Origin: Candidatus Omnitrophota bacterium
GTDB lineage: Bacteria; Omnitrophota; Gorgyraeia; Zapsychrales; Zapsychraceae
Assembly: GCA_003528115.1 (NCBI GenBank)
Contig: DOGZ01000014.1
Span: 166,081 to 230,080, forward strand
Direction: 5' to 3'
Length of the DNA stretch: 64,000 nt
Under the pieces are notes generated by a model, which did not search any database, was not told the origin of the DNA, and saw nothing but the letters and a program-made list of their open reading frames with translations. This document shows positions 19,451 to 28,232 of the stretch, one piece after another. Made by a program: the position numbers and the translations under genes. How positions within the stretch are numbered: the first letter of the stretch is position 1; the number at the start of each line of letters is the position of its first letter.

Positions 19451-19951
19451 ATGTCATGCCCGACCCGCCGACAAACGGGATTTACCTTAGTTGAACTTAT
19501 CCTGGTCGTTTTTATTTTGTCCATTATCGCCGGCCTGACCATGCCGAATTTCAGCCATATGTATGAGGGGATTCAATTGAAGAAGGCGGCGGAAGACCTG
19601 GCGTATATGATGCGCTATGCCCAGAGTCGGGCGATTATCAAAAATAAAGAATTGCGCCTGGAATTCGACTCGGCACAATCCAAATTTTGGCTGACGCAGG
19701 AATCGGAATCATCGCGGGCGGACAGTCAGCCGGAAGGCCGCGCGTTTAAGAAAGTTTCGGGACGATTAGGACAAATTCGAACGCTGCCTCAGAAAATAAT
19801 ATTCAACACGGGAAGTCCGACGGTTTCTTTTTATCCGGATGGGCGCGTGGACCAAGTCAGTGTCTCGATGTGTCTTAAGGAACATTGTTTTATTGTTTCG
19901 ACTAAAGAACAGCGGGGGCGCGTCCGATTATTTGAGACCACCCAGGAGTAG
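19451..19951 (+). CDS. gspH: Minor pseudopilin GspH
   Basis: QTG|FTLVELILVV, MRYAQSRAI, VSFYPDG; start trimmed from the track ORF at 19097. Confidence 0.8.
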   Translation: MSCPTRRQTGFTLVELILVVFILSIIAGLTMPNFSHMYEGIQLKKAAEDLAYMMRYAQSRAIIKNKELRLEFDSAQSKFWLTQESESSRADSQPEGRAFKKVSGRLGQIRTLPQKIIFNTGSPTVSFYPDGRVDQVSVSMCLKEHCFIVSTKEQRGRVRLFETTQE

Positions 19952-19985
19952 ACGGCGTCGTGTCAAGGTAATGATGAAGAGTTGG

Positions 19986-20087
19986 GTAGTAGTACTGTGT
20001 CAGCTAAATTTTTATATCAAGGAACACAGTACAACATTGCACTTTTTCTTGAAGTTAGCTAAAAAATTTATCTGACAGTGTAGTAGT
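19986..20087. mobile_element. Putative miniature inverted-repeat element (~86 bp) with flanking direct repeats
   Basis: TGTCAGCTAAATTTTT (19998-20013) and AAAAATTTATCTGACA (20062-20077) are 15/16 inverted; GTAGTAGT occurs at 19986-19993 and 20080-20087. Confidence 0.55.
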
Positions 20088-20104
20088 TAACAGCGGGGAG
20101 ATGT

Positions 20105-20524
20105 TTGAGTAAGATGAGGGTTCATCCGTTACGAAAATGTTTCGCGGGACGTAATAAAGGATCTTTGTTGCTGGAAGGATTGTTGTCTGTGGCCATTCTG
20201 TCCTTCGCGGTAACGCTCATTATTCAAGCGATGACCTCCAGCCTCAGGGCGATCCTTTACAGCGCCGATTACACCACGGCCCTTGTTTTAGGGGAAGATA
20301 AGATGTTTGATTTATTGAAGGACGGATTTATTGAGTCTGGTCTCAGGCAAGAGGGGAAATTCTCGTCGCCTTACAACCGGTTTCAATATGCTTTGAAGGC
20401 CGATCCTCACCAGGAGGATGGCGAAAATGGGTTCAATGATGTGACATTAGATGTCTTTTGGGGGAAGGAAAAAAGGAAGAATCATGTTGTCGTGCGGACG
20501 TATTTTTTAACCCCGCCGGAATAA
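20105..20524 (+). CDS. Minor pseudopilin GspI-like
   Basis: NKG|SLLLEGLLSVAIL with E5; lies between gspH and gspJ. Confidence 0.7.
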   Translation: MSKMRVHPLRKCFAGRNKGSLLLEGLLSVAILSFAVTLIIQAMTSSLRAILYSADYTTALVLGEDKMFDLLKDGFIESGLRQEGKFSSPYNRFQYALKADPHQEDGENGFNDVTLDVFWGKEKRKNHVVVRTYFLTPPE

Positions 20525-20534
20525 AAAAAGCAGG

Positions 20535-21293
20535 TTGTATCACATGATCCGCAGACTGATGAAAACTCGATTTTATGTCCCAGGAAGTCGTCCAACAGGT
20601 GGTTTTACCCTGATCGAGCTTTTATTGGGGCTGGCTATTTTCGCTATTGTGGCCGTGTGTGTTTACAGCACATTCTCTTCAGGAATTAAGCTCAGCGACA
20701 AAGCGGAACAGCATAATGAGGTGTATCAGGAAGCGCGCATGGCGTTGAATTTGATGGCTAATGATCTTGAGAACATGGCGAATTATAATTTCTCCAATTC
20801 GTATAAGGATAAAGCCGCTTTTATCGGAGATCAGAAGAAGATCACCTTTTTGCGGGGAACGCAAAAGGGGTTAAGGGCGATCAGTTATTATCTTGTTTCC
20901 TCGCAAAGTGAGCATGTTCATCAATTGTTGAGAGGCGGGACCTCCACCAAGAATGTGGCGGTAACGTTAAGATCGGAAGAAAGAGCTAACGCGCAGTATT
21001 TAATCCGTGAGGAAATGGATTTTAAGGAGCATCTTGCAGACGGGATGGAAAAGGGAACAGAAGGAGAGATCATAAGCGCCAACGTCCAAGAAGGCGGCTT
21101 GAATTTTTCTTTCGCCTATTTGGAGAACGAGGAAAGTCGAAATGTGGTGTGGAAGAAGGAATGGTCGCATAAGGACATTCCATTTGGCGTGCGGATTGAG
21201 CTTAATTTTCTCACACCGCAGGCTAAGACCGAATCCCTTGCGCTGGTCAGGCGCGTGCTGATTCCCCATGGCTTTTTAGGGGAGCAGCCATGA
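20535..21293 (+). CDS. Minor pseudopilin GspJ-like (start may be 20544 or 20559)
   Basis: GG|FTLIELLLGLAIF; C-terminal WKKEW..IPFGVRIEL typical of GspJ. Confidence 0.78.
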   Translation: MYHMIRRLMKTRFYVPGSRPTGGFTLIELLLGLAIFAIVAVCVYSTFSSGIKLSDKAEQHNEVYQEARMALNLMANDLENMANYNFSNSYKDKAAFIGDQKKITFLRGTQKGLRAISYYLVSSQSEHVHQLLRGGTSTKNVAVTLRSEERANAQYLIREEMDFKEHLADGMEKGTEGEIISANVQEGGLNFSFAYLENEESRNVVWKKEWSHKDIPFGVRIELNFLTPQAKTESLALVRRVLIPHGFLGEQP

Positions 21294-22498
21294 GAAACCC
21301 AAAAATATCCCTAATTAAAACAAGGCTCAAGAGTAATTCTGGTATAATATTGCTCATCGTTTTGTGGGTCCTGGTGGTTTTAACTTTGTTGACGGTCAGC
21401 TTGGGACGCAATACGCATATCGAACTTTCCTTGACCAAATATGCCGTCGGGCAACTTAAAGCAAAATACGTGGCTTGGGCGGGTTTAAGTTACGCCATCC
21501 ATCAGATTAAGTTGGATTCCCAAGACGAATCTTCGAAAATGATGGACACGTTATATCACTGCGGGCTCCGGGCGGACCGGCAAAAGACTCCGAAGGAGTT
21601 GTTTCAAAACAGACCTCTGGGAGGGAAGGGGCATTTTAGCATTCAATATCTTCAGCCGAGTTCTGACTCCCGGGAAGAAATTGAGACAACTGAGATGGGA
21701 GAGACCTATGAGGGCAATATCTCGCAGACGGTTCTTTATAAAGAAGCGGCGCAGATGTATTTCAAAGTGTACGACGGTTTTCAGGATCAGGAGCGGCTGA
21801 TCAATGTCAATGCCATCACATCACAAAATAGGGGGGTCTTGAGCGCTTTGATTGAATTATTGGGCTTTGAGGAAAGCGCGGCGCAGACCATCGCTTATAG
21901 CGTCGTGGACTGGAAAGATGAAGACAGCGCTTTAAGCCATGATTCGTATGGCGCTGAACATGATTATTATAACGGGCTGACGCCTTCTTACCAGTGCAAG
22001 AATCATCCCTTTGACTCAAAAGAGGAATTGCTTTTAGTCCGGGGGATAACTAAGGAAATCTTTCGAAAAATTAAGCATTATGTCACGATTTTTCCTAAAG
22101 AGGGCAACACGCTGCGGATTAATTTTGACACAAGTCCTGAAGTTGTTTTAAAGGCCTTGGCCAGATCGGCGAGCGGATCTTTCACAAACACGGAAACCGG
22201 AGACGCGGATTCTTTGGTGGATAAGATTTTAGAATATCGTCGAGGAGATGACGCGCTGGAGTTTACCGGTGATGATCGTCCGGTGGAATTGAATCTGATC
22301 CCCTTGAATGCCAAGGAAAGGGTGATTTTTCTGAACATGAATCCTTATCGGACCAGGGTGTCTAATTATTTGCGTGTGTGCGTTCAAGGCGTCGAAGAGA
22401 ATTCCTCTAGTGAGTTTAATCTGGAGGCGGTCATTCGACGCCAGGATTTGGCGATCGTGGATTGGCATACAGGTCAAGCGGCCGAAGCTAAAGAGTAA
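21290..22498 (+). CDS. gspK: Minor pseudopilin GspK
   Basis: SG|IILLIVLWVL, DQERLINVN, VVDWKDED, GAE..YY, FDSKEELLLVRGI. Confidence 0.85.
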   Translation: MRNPKISLIKTRLKSNSGIILLIVLWVLVVLTLLTVSLGRNTHIELSLTKYAVGQLKAKYVAWAGLSYAIHQIKLDSQDESSKMMDTLYHCGLRADRQKTPKELFQNRPLGGKGHFSIQYLQPSSDSREEIETTEMGETYEGNISQTVLYKEAAQMYFKVYDGFQDQERLINVNAITSQNRGVLSALIELLGFEESAAQTIAYSVVDWKDEDSALSHDSYGAEHDYYNGLTPSYQCKNHPFDSKEELLLVRGITKEIFRKIKHYVTIFPKEGNTLRINFDTSPEVVLKALARSASGSFTNTETGDADSLVDKILEYRRGDDALEFTGDDRPVELNLIPLNAKERVIFLNMNPYRTRVSNYLRVCVQGVEENSSSEFNLEAVIRRQDLAIVDWHTGQAAEAKE

Positions 22499-22499
22499 A

Positions 22500-23945
22500 A
22501 TGAAAAAAAATATTTCATCCGTCTTAGAAATCACAGATTCTCATGTGAAGTTTTTTCAGGCAAAAGGATTGTCTGATAAACGTGTCATCACATCCTGTGT
22601 TGTACGGCCGATCGTTGGGGATACCGAGGAAGAGCTGGTTAAGATTTTTAAAGAGATACTACACTTGAAGAATATCGTGCCGGATGAGTTGGTGCTGATT
22701 CTTCCGCGGCGGTTAACCATTTTAAAACAGATGCGGCTCCCGTCCCATCATGATCAGGAAATCAGTCAAATGATCGGACTGCAGTTGGTCAATAAGATCC
22801 CTTACGCGCTGGAAGATGTTATTTACGACTATCATCTGTTGGGAAAGGAGACCTCCGGCTATACGCAGGTGCTTGTGATTGTTGTACTCAAGGAAGTGAG
22901 CGAGCGATATCTGAAGATCCTCAATAGGGTCGGCGTAAAATTGAGCCGATTAACGTTAAGTTCTTTAGGCATTCTGGATTGGCTGATTTATCAGGAAAGT
23001 AAGAAGATGATTGAAACGCGACAGGCCGTGGGGCTCATTAACATGGACACGATTCATTCGGAAATCTGTTTTTGCCACAATAAAAGTTTGCTTTACTCCA
23101 GGAATATGAATTACGGCGCGCAGGATCTCAAGGACGACAATCTTCACGGCTTTATGAATCAAATTGAATTAAGTCTCAAAGGTTACCAGAAAGAAAGCAT
23201 GGGCCCGGAAATCGGGAAAATTCTGATTGTCTCCCCCACCCAGGAGGTGTTCAATTTAAGAGACAGGTTAAAACAAGAGTTTAATCTTCCTATTCAAATT
23301 TTTTCGCCATTGGAGAATGTCCTGTGTCAAAAAAATTTAGATTTATCTTCGATGAAACATCACTTTGGCCTTTCTTTGACGGCCGGATTCGGCATGTTAT
23401 TTTCTGATACGCCTAAATTGGTTAATCTCGCGCCAAGGGAGATTCATCAAACGCGTCAAACGAGGATGCGCAAACGTCAGGTCGCGTGGTTTGTTTCCTT
23501 AATCCTTCTTTTTTTTATCTTGAGCGTTTCTGCTGCGGGAATGGAATTATACAGAAAGAATATTTATTTCAAGAAACTGGAAGACCGAATCATCCAGACG
23601 AAACCCACGGTTAAAGCGACCGAACAAAAAATGCGTGTTGTTCATTTTCTGGAGGGAGAATTTCAGGACCGCATTTTTATCCCTGATCTGATTCTCAATT
23701 TGTATCGTCTAACGCCGCCGGAGATATCTTTTCGTTCTTTATCGTTGGATGAAAAAGGTGGATTTGTGATTCAGGGGTATGGGGAGACAAGCGTGAGTGT
23801 GAATGATTTTCAGGCCAATTTAGTCAAGTCCTCTGTTTTTAAAGAGATAAATCTTGAATTCGCGACCAAGCGCAGGATTTTTAACATGGATGTGACGGAT
23901 TTTAAAATAACCTCTCAATTGATTAAGAGCCGGATGCCGCAGTAA
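22500..23945 (+). CDS. GspL-like (PilM-PilN type) protein
   Basis: Actin-like N-terminus (VLEITDSHVK, IPYALEDVIYDY), VNLAP motif, one TM, PilN-like C-terminus. Confidence 0.72.
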   Translation: MKKNISSVLEITDSHVKFFQAKGLSDKRVITSCVVRPIVGDTEEELVKIFKEILHLKNIVPDELVLILPRRLTILKQMRLPSHHDQEISQMIGLQLVNKIPYALEDVIYDYHLLGKETSGYTQVLVIVVLKEVSERYLKILNRVGVKLSRLTLSSLGILDWLIYQESKKMIETRQAVGLINMDTIHSEICFCHNKSLLYSRNMNYGAQDLKDDNLHGFMNQIELSLKGYQKESMGPEIGKILIVSPTQEVFNLRDRLKQEFNLPIQIFSPLENVLCQKNLDLSSMKHHFGLSLTAGFGMLFSDTPKLVNLAPREIHQTRQTRMRKRQVAWFVSLILLFFILSVSAAGMELYRKNIYFKKLEDRIIQTKPTVKATEQKMRVVHFLEGEFQDRIFIPDLILNLYRLTPPEISFRSLSLDEKGGFVIQGYGETSVSVNDFQANLVKSSVFKEINLEFATKRRIFNMDVTDFKITSQLIKSRMPQ

Positions 23946-24013
23946 AGCGTGGTTCCGAGGGAGGTTGCCTCTGGACGGAGAAGCGGATTCCGCCAAGAGG
24001 CAAGAAAGGCCGC

Positions 24014-24547
24014 ATGATGAAACGTTTAACGACACGAGAGCAAATCATCTTCGTCGTTTGTCTTTTTTTGGTTTTTATTTATCTGGGATATCAGTTGGGA
24101 GTAAAGCCTTTGAACGAAAAAGTCGCCTTTATTAAGACGAAAATTGAGGCTGAGGAAAGAAAACTCGGCAAACATTTGGCTGTCCTGGGCAATACCTCGA
24201 CTTTAGAAGAAGTGTATCAAGTTTATCTGAGCCATTTTAAGCAATCCAAAAGTAATGAACAGGTGATGTCGTCGATGGTTTCTGAAATCGAGGATGTGGC
24301 CAGTGAACTTTCTTTGCGGATTTCAGATTTAAAACCTAAAAGGGTCAAGACGGATCAATACAGCAATCATTTTTCCGTGAGTTTGACTTTAGAGAGTTCC
24401 TTACCGGATATCATCCATTTTATGCATAAATTACAAAATCAGCCTTATCTGTTGGCCGTGGAAGAATTCCGTTTTGATAAAAGCGCTCGGGCCGAGGCGG
24501 CAACCATTAAAACTCAGCTTGTTTTGAGCAAAACGTTAATTCCTTGA
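24014..24547 (+). CDS. GspM/PilO-like protein
   Basis: LTTREQ N-terminal motif, TM, ferredoxin-like C-terminus. Confidence 0.72.
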   Translation: MMKRLTTREQIIFVVCLFLVFIYLGYQLGVKPLNEKVAFIKTKIEAEERKLGKHLAVLGNTSTLEEVYQVYLSHFKQSKSNEQVMSSMVSEIEDVASELSLRISDLKPKRVKTDQYSNHFSVSLTLESSLPDIIHFMHKLQNQPYLLAVEEFRFDKSARAEAATIKTQLVLSKTLIP

Positions 24548-24621
24548 GAAAAATTTCCAAAGATTTCTCTATTCTTAATTGACTTTAATTTATATATATA
24601 TAAAAATAACATCCATATTTA

Positions 24622-25218
24622 ATGAAATTTTTTACCGCGAAATCTCAGGCGACACAAGGCCATCCGGGAACCGCGAATCTCGTTGGTAACACCAGGAAAC
24701 GAGAGGGCGGGTTTGATTCTTTTAAATTGTGTAATCGTGTCCTGGCCGTTCTTTGTGGCGGGATGTTTGTCTATATTGTGGTCCAAATTGTATCTACTCC
24801 TGTTGAATCCCCAGGCGCGGATCCCCGTAAGAAAAAAGAGGAGGAAAGGATAGTAAAGGAATTTTTCCTGCCGTCCCGGCAATTCTTTGATTTTTATCAG
24901 AATGAAATGAGCGGACGCGATATTTTCAAATCCCTTTGGGAGGAAGAGCCCAAGGGGGAATCAGTTCCGCAACCTCAGCCGATTCTTCAGCCTGCGTTCC
25001 CCATCGATACAAACCCCGTGCCGCTTTTGCAGGGGCAATTGAAGGTGGTGGGTATTGTCTTGGGGGATGTGCCGGAGGCGATTGTTGAAGATTTACAAAC
25101 CCATGAAACTGTTTTCTTGAAAAGAGGGGAACGACTGGGAGAGGCTTTAGTAGACGAAATTTTAAAAGACAAGGTGATATTTGTCTATAACAACCAGAGG
25201 GTTGAGTTGGCGCCATAA
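24622..25218 (+). CDS. GspC-like protein
   Basis: TM, RDIF motif, Pro-rich linker, HR-like domain LKVVGIVLG..AIVED; precedes the secretin. Confidence 0.6.
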   Translation: MKFFTAKSQATQGHPGTANLVGNTRKREGGFDSFKLCNRVLAVLCGGMFVYIVVQIVSTPVESPGADPRKKKEEERIVKEFFLPSRQFFDFYQNEMSGRDIFKSLWEEEPKGESVPQPQPILQPAFPIDTNPVPLLQGQLKVVGIVLGDVPEAIVEDLQTHETVFLKRGERLGEALVDEILKDKVIFVYNNQRVELAP

Positions 25219-25219
25219 G

Positions 25220-27151
25220 ATGAGACAGACTATTTTTCCTTTAAAACGGGCGGTTAGAACATTTTACCTCATCGGGCTTTGCCTCCTTTTGTATTTAGGA
25301 GGTGGGATGGATGTTGCGGTTCCTTACTATTCCGATGAGGCGGGTTTCTCCCAAAGGGTTTCCGAGAAAATTATCCTGGATGTTTTGGATTTAAAACAAA
25401 TGGACATCCTGGATGTTCTGAAGCTCATGTCCAAAAAAAGCGGCTTGAATATTGTGGCCGGTCAGAATGTTAAAGGGCGGATATCGATTTATGTGGAAAA
25501 GATGGATGTCGAAGACGCGTTAGAAATCATCGTCGACTCTTATGGATGGGCGTATGAACGGGAAGGGAATATTGTCAGGGTGATGACAAGTCAGGATTAT
25601 GAGAACAAATACGGCCATAAATTCGGTGAAGATTTTGAAACACGCGTCAAACAATTATCGTTCGCCAATACGGCGGATTTACTCGCTGTTCTGAATCAAG
25701 TCAAAAGCAGGTCCGGGAGAGTCGTGGCGGACGACAAATCGAATACCATCATCCTTATGGATACGCCTCAGAAGCTTGACGAAATGGAAATGATCATTTC
25801 CAAGATTGACGTTTCCAAGAAAACGGTTATTTTTGATTTAAGTTATGGTAAGGCTGAGGACGTAGCCAATAAGATTTCGGAATTACTCACCCCCAATGTG
25901 GGTGTCGTGAAGCATGATGAACGCTCGAATAAGATCGCGGTTTCAGACACGTCCGTGAAATTAAAAGACATCAGCCAATTGGTCAAGGCCTTTGACCAGC
26001 AAGATAAAGAAGTTCTGATCGAGGCGAAAATTTTGCAGATCCTTTTAAATGACGAACACAAAATGGGGATTGATTGGGAAGGCATTATTCATGATTTTCA
26101 TGATTTTCATCTTAAGAGCGACTTTGGAATTTTGAGCGATTCCGATAAAGGAGGACGGCTGAGCGTCGGGACGGTCGATGATGATAATAAAACTTTTTTG
26201 ATTGAGGCCCTTAAGAGTATGGGGTTGACGAATAATCTTTCCAGCCCCCGGATAACGGCGGTCAATAACAAAGAGGCCAAGATCCTGATCGGATCCACCG
26301 AACCGTATGTGACCACGACCACCACCACGCCTTCCTCAGGGCCGACCACCACCGCCGAGACGGTCAGTTTTATCGAAGTCGGCGTAAAATTATATGTGAC
26401 CCCGACGATTCATAATGACGGTTTTATCACGATGAAGATCAAGCCGGAGGTTAGTTCCGTGGTGGACAATTTAACAACCAGTAATAATAATACGATTCCG
26501 ATTGTGGACACCTCTGAGGCTGAGACAACGGTCATGGTCAAGGATGGCGCGACTATTGTGATCGGCGGACTCATTAAGGAGGAAAAGATTAAAGCGGAAA
26601 AACAGGTGCCGGTCTTGGGTAATGTTCCTATCTTGGGCTATTTATTCAAAAGCAAGACAGATTCCGTGCAAAAGAATGAAATTGTCATTTTCTTGACGCC
26701 AAGAATCATTAGCGGGGATGTGGAAGGTCGGGAAGAGACGCGCGCGAGCTCAAAGCCGCCTTTAAGGCAAAACAGCGTTAATCGAAGGGGACGTATCCTG
26801 GAGCCGGTGACGTCTCGTCGGAATTTAGCCTCCCCTGCGCCTCAAACAGGGGTCATGGCTAACCCGGCGTACAGAAATTATAGTCAGGTCATTCGGCAGA
26901 TGATCAGCCAGCGCGCGCATTTTAATGTGAATCGTCAAATGATTGAACCCGGAGAAGTGCGTTTGTCTTTTATTTTGGCGTCTAACGGCAGATTGAAGCA
27001 AGCCAGCGTTGTCGAAGACAAAACCTCCGCCAGTACGCGTTTGCAGAGTATAGGGTTGAAAAGCCTGCAAGAGTCTGCCCCGTTCCCCCCATTCCCGAAA
27101 GGTCTTAACTATTCAACTTTAAGTTTTAATGTGGTCTTGTCGTTTGATTAG
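25220..27151 (+). CDS. gspD: Secretin GspD with a C-terminal TonB-C-like domain
   Basis: N0 and two N3 domains, EVLIEAKIL, LSSPRITAVNN, VPVLGNVPILGYLF; extra ~95-aa tail GEVRLSFILASNG..APFPPFP. Confidence 0.85.
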   Translation: MRQTIFPLKRAVRTFYLIGLCLLLYLGGGMDVAVPYYSDEAGFSQRVSEKIILDVLDLKQMDILDVLKLMSKKSGLNIVAGQNVKGRISIYVEKMDVEDALEIIVDSYGWAYEREGNIVRVMTSQDYENKYGHKFGEDFETRVKQLSFANTADLLAVLNQVKSRSGRVVADDKSNTIILMDTPQKLDEMEMIISKIDVSKKTVIFDLSYGKAEDVANKISELLTPNVGVVKHDERSNKIAVSDTSVKLKDISQLVKAFDQQDKEVLIEAKILQILLNDEHKMGIDWEGIIHDFHDFHLKSDFGILSDSDKGGRLSVGTVDDDNKTFLIEALKSMGLTNNLSSPRITAVNNKEAKILIGSTEPYVTTTTTTPSSGPTTTAETVSFIEVGVKLYVTPTIHNDGFITMKIKPEVSSVVDNLTTSNNNTIPIVDTSEAETTVMVKDGATIVIGGLIKEEKIKAEKQVPVLGNVPILGYLFKSKTDSVQKNEIVIFLTPRIISGDVEGREETRASSKPPLRQNSVNRRGRILEPVTSRRNLASPAPQTGVMANPAYRNYSQVIRQMISQRAHFNVNRQMIEPGEVRLSFILASNGRLKQASVVEDKTSASTRLQSIGLKSLQESAPFPPFPKGLNYSTLSFNVVLSFD

Positions 27152-27194
27152 GCGTAATCGGGAGCGACAGACGGAATAGGGATTTCTTAAACTC

Positions 27195-28220
27195 ATGGAT
27201 CAACACAATGTGGATAAGAATTTGAAACGCCCTTCGAAGTGTTTTCAGGGGGTGGAAAATATTTTTTGTGTCTTTGAGAGATATCCCGTGTTTGTCTTAA
27301 CGGTGATATTCTTGATCGGCGTTATCACGATGGTCCTGCACATGAGGACCCTCACGTCACACCTCATCGCGTCCATGGCTGAGAAAAACGCGGCCCTGTA
27401 TTCTGACGCGCTTGAGGAATTGCGCACCCTCTACACGTCGGAAGTCGTCGAACGCGTCAGAGCCCGGGGGATCGAGGTCACGCATGATTATCAGGAAAAA
27501 GAAGGGGCTATTCCGCTTCCGGTGACTTTGAGCATGATGATAGGGGAACGGATAGCAACCCATGCTCAGGGAGCCAGGAGCCGGCTTTACAGCGATCTTC
27601 CATTCCCCTGGCGCAAAGACGGCGGCCCAAGGGATGATTTTGAAAAGAAAGCTTTAGAATTTTTAAGGAATCATCCCGCGGAGAGTTTTAGCCGTATCGA
27701 GGCCTTTGAGGGGCGTGAGTCCATACGGTACGCGACGGCGGATATCATGCGGCCAAGTTGCGTTCAGTGTCATAATACTCATCCGCAGACGCCTAAAACG
27801 GATTGGAAATCCGGGGATGTCAGGGGTGTGCTGGAGGTCATTCATCCGTTGGATCATTTTATGAGAGAGACAGGGGAGGAGTTGCGGGGAACGGCCGTCT
27901 TTTTATTCATCATCACATTGTCCGCATTGATACTGCTCCTTTTACTGACCGGCCGGCTGCGGCAGACTTCCCGGAGGGTACAGCAACGGACCGAGGAGCT
28001 CGAGAAGGCATTAATGTCAACCGAATCCGCTCATGCCAGGACAGCGCAGGCTTTACAAGAGGCCGAACAAAACCGGCAGCGGACCGAGGAGGCGTTAAAG
28101 CAGACGGAAAACAGCAAAAAAGAACTTGAACGATTGAATGTTTTTATGGTCGGACGGGAACTGAAGATGATGGAGCTCAAAGAAGAGATTAAAGATCTTA
28201 AGGAAAAGTTAGGCAAATAG
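27195..28220 (+). CDS. Membrane c-type heme protein (DUF3365/Tll0287-like) with a coiled-coil tail
   Basis: Two TMs around a periplasmic domain with CVQCH, PRDDFE and GDVRGVLEV; tail ELERLNVFMVGRELKMMELKEEI. Confidence 0.75.
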   Translation: MDQHNVDKNLKRPSKCFQGVENIFCVFERYPVFVLTVIFLIGVITMVLHMRTLTSHLIASMAEKNAALYSDALEELRTLYTSEVVERVRARGIEVTHDYQEKEGAIPLPVTLSMMIGERIATHAQGARSRLYSDLPFPWRKDGGPRDDFEKKALEFLRNHPAESFSRIEAFEGRESIRYATADIMRPSCVQCHNTHPQTPKTDWKSGDVRGVLEVIHPLDHFMRETGEELRGTAVFLFIITLSALILLLLLTGRLRQTSRRVQQRTEELEKALMSTESAHARTAQALQEAEQNRQRTEEALKQTENSKKELERLNVFMVGRELKMMELKEEIKDLKEKLGK

Positions 28221-28232
28221 ACAACGGTTTTT

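Noticed and set aside
23965-24003. Hairpin TTGCCTCT/AGAGGCAA between gspL-like and gspM-like genes
   Set aside because: No T tract and no second copy in the window; cannot call a terminator or repeat
24591-24602. (TA)6 tract upstream of the gspC-like gene
   Set aside because: Short AT-rich spacer near a TTGACT; no clear -10 and too short to argue for phase variation
26309-26355. ACC/ACG tandem repeat in gspD
   Set aside because: Encodes a Thr-rich loop within the secretin domain; in frame and imperfect, so not a phase-variation tract
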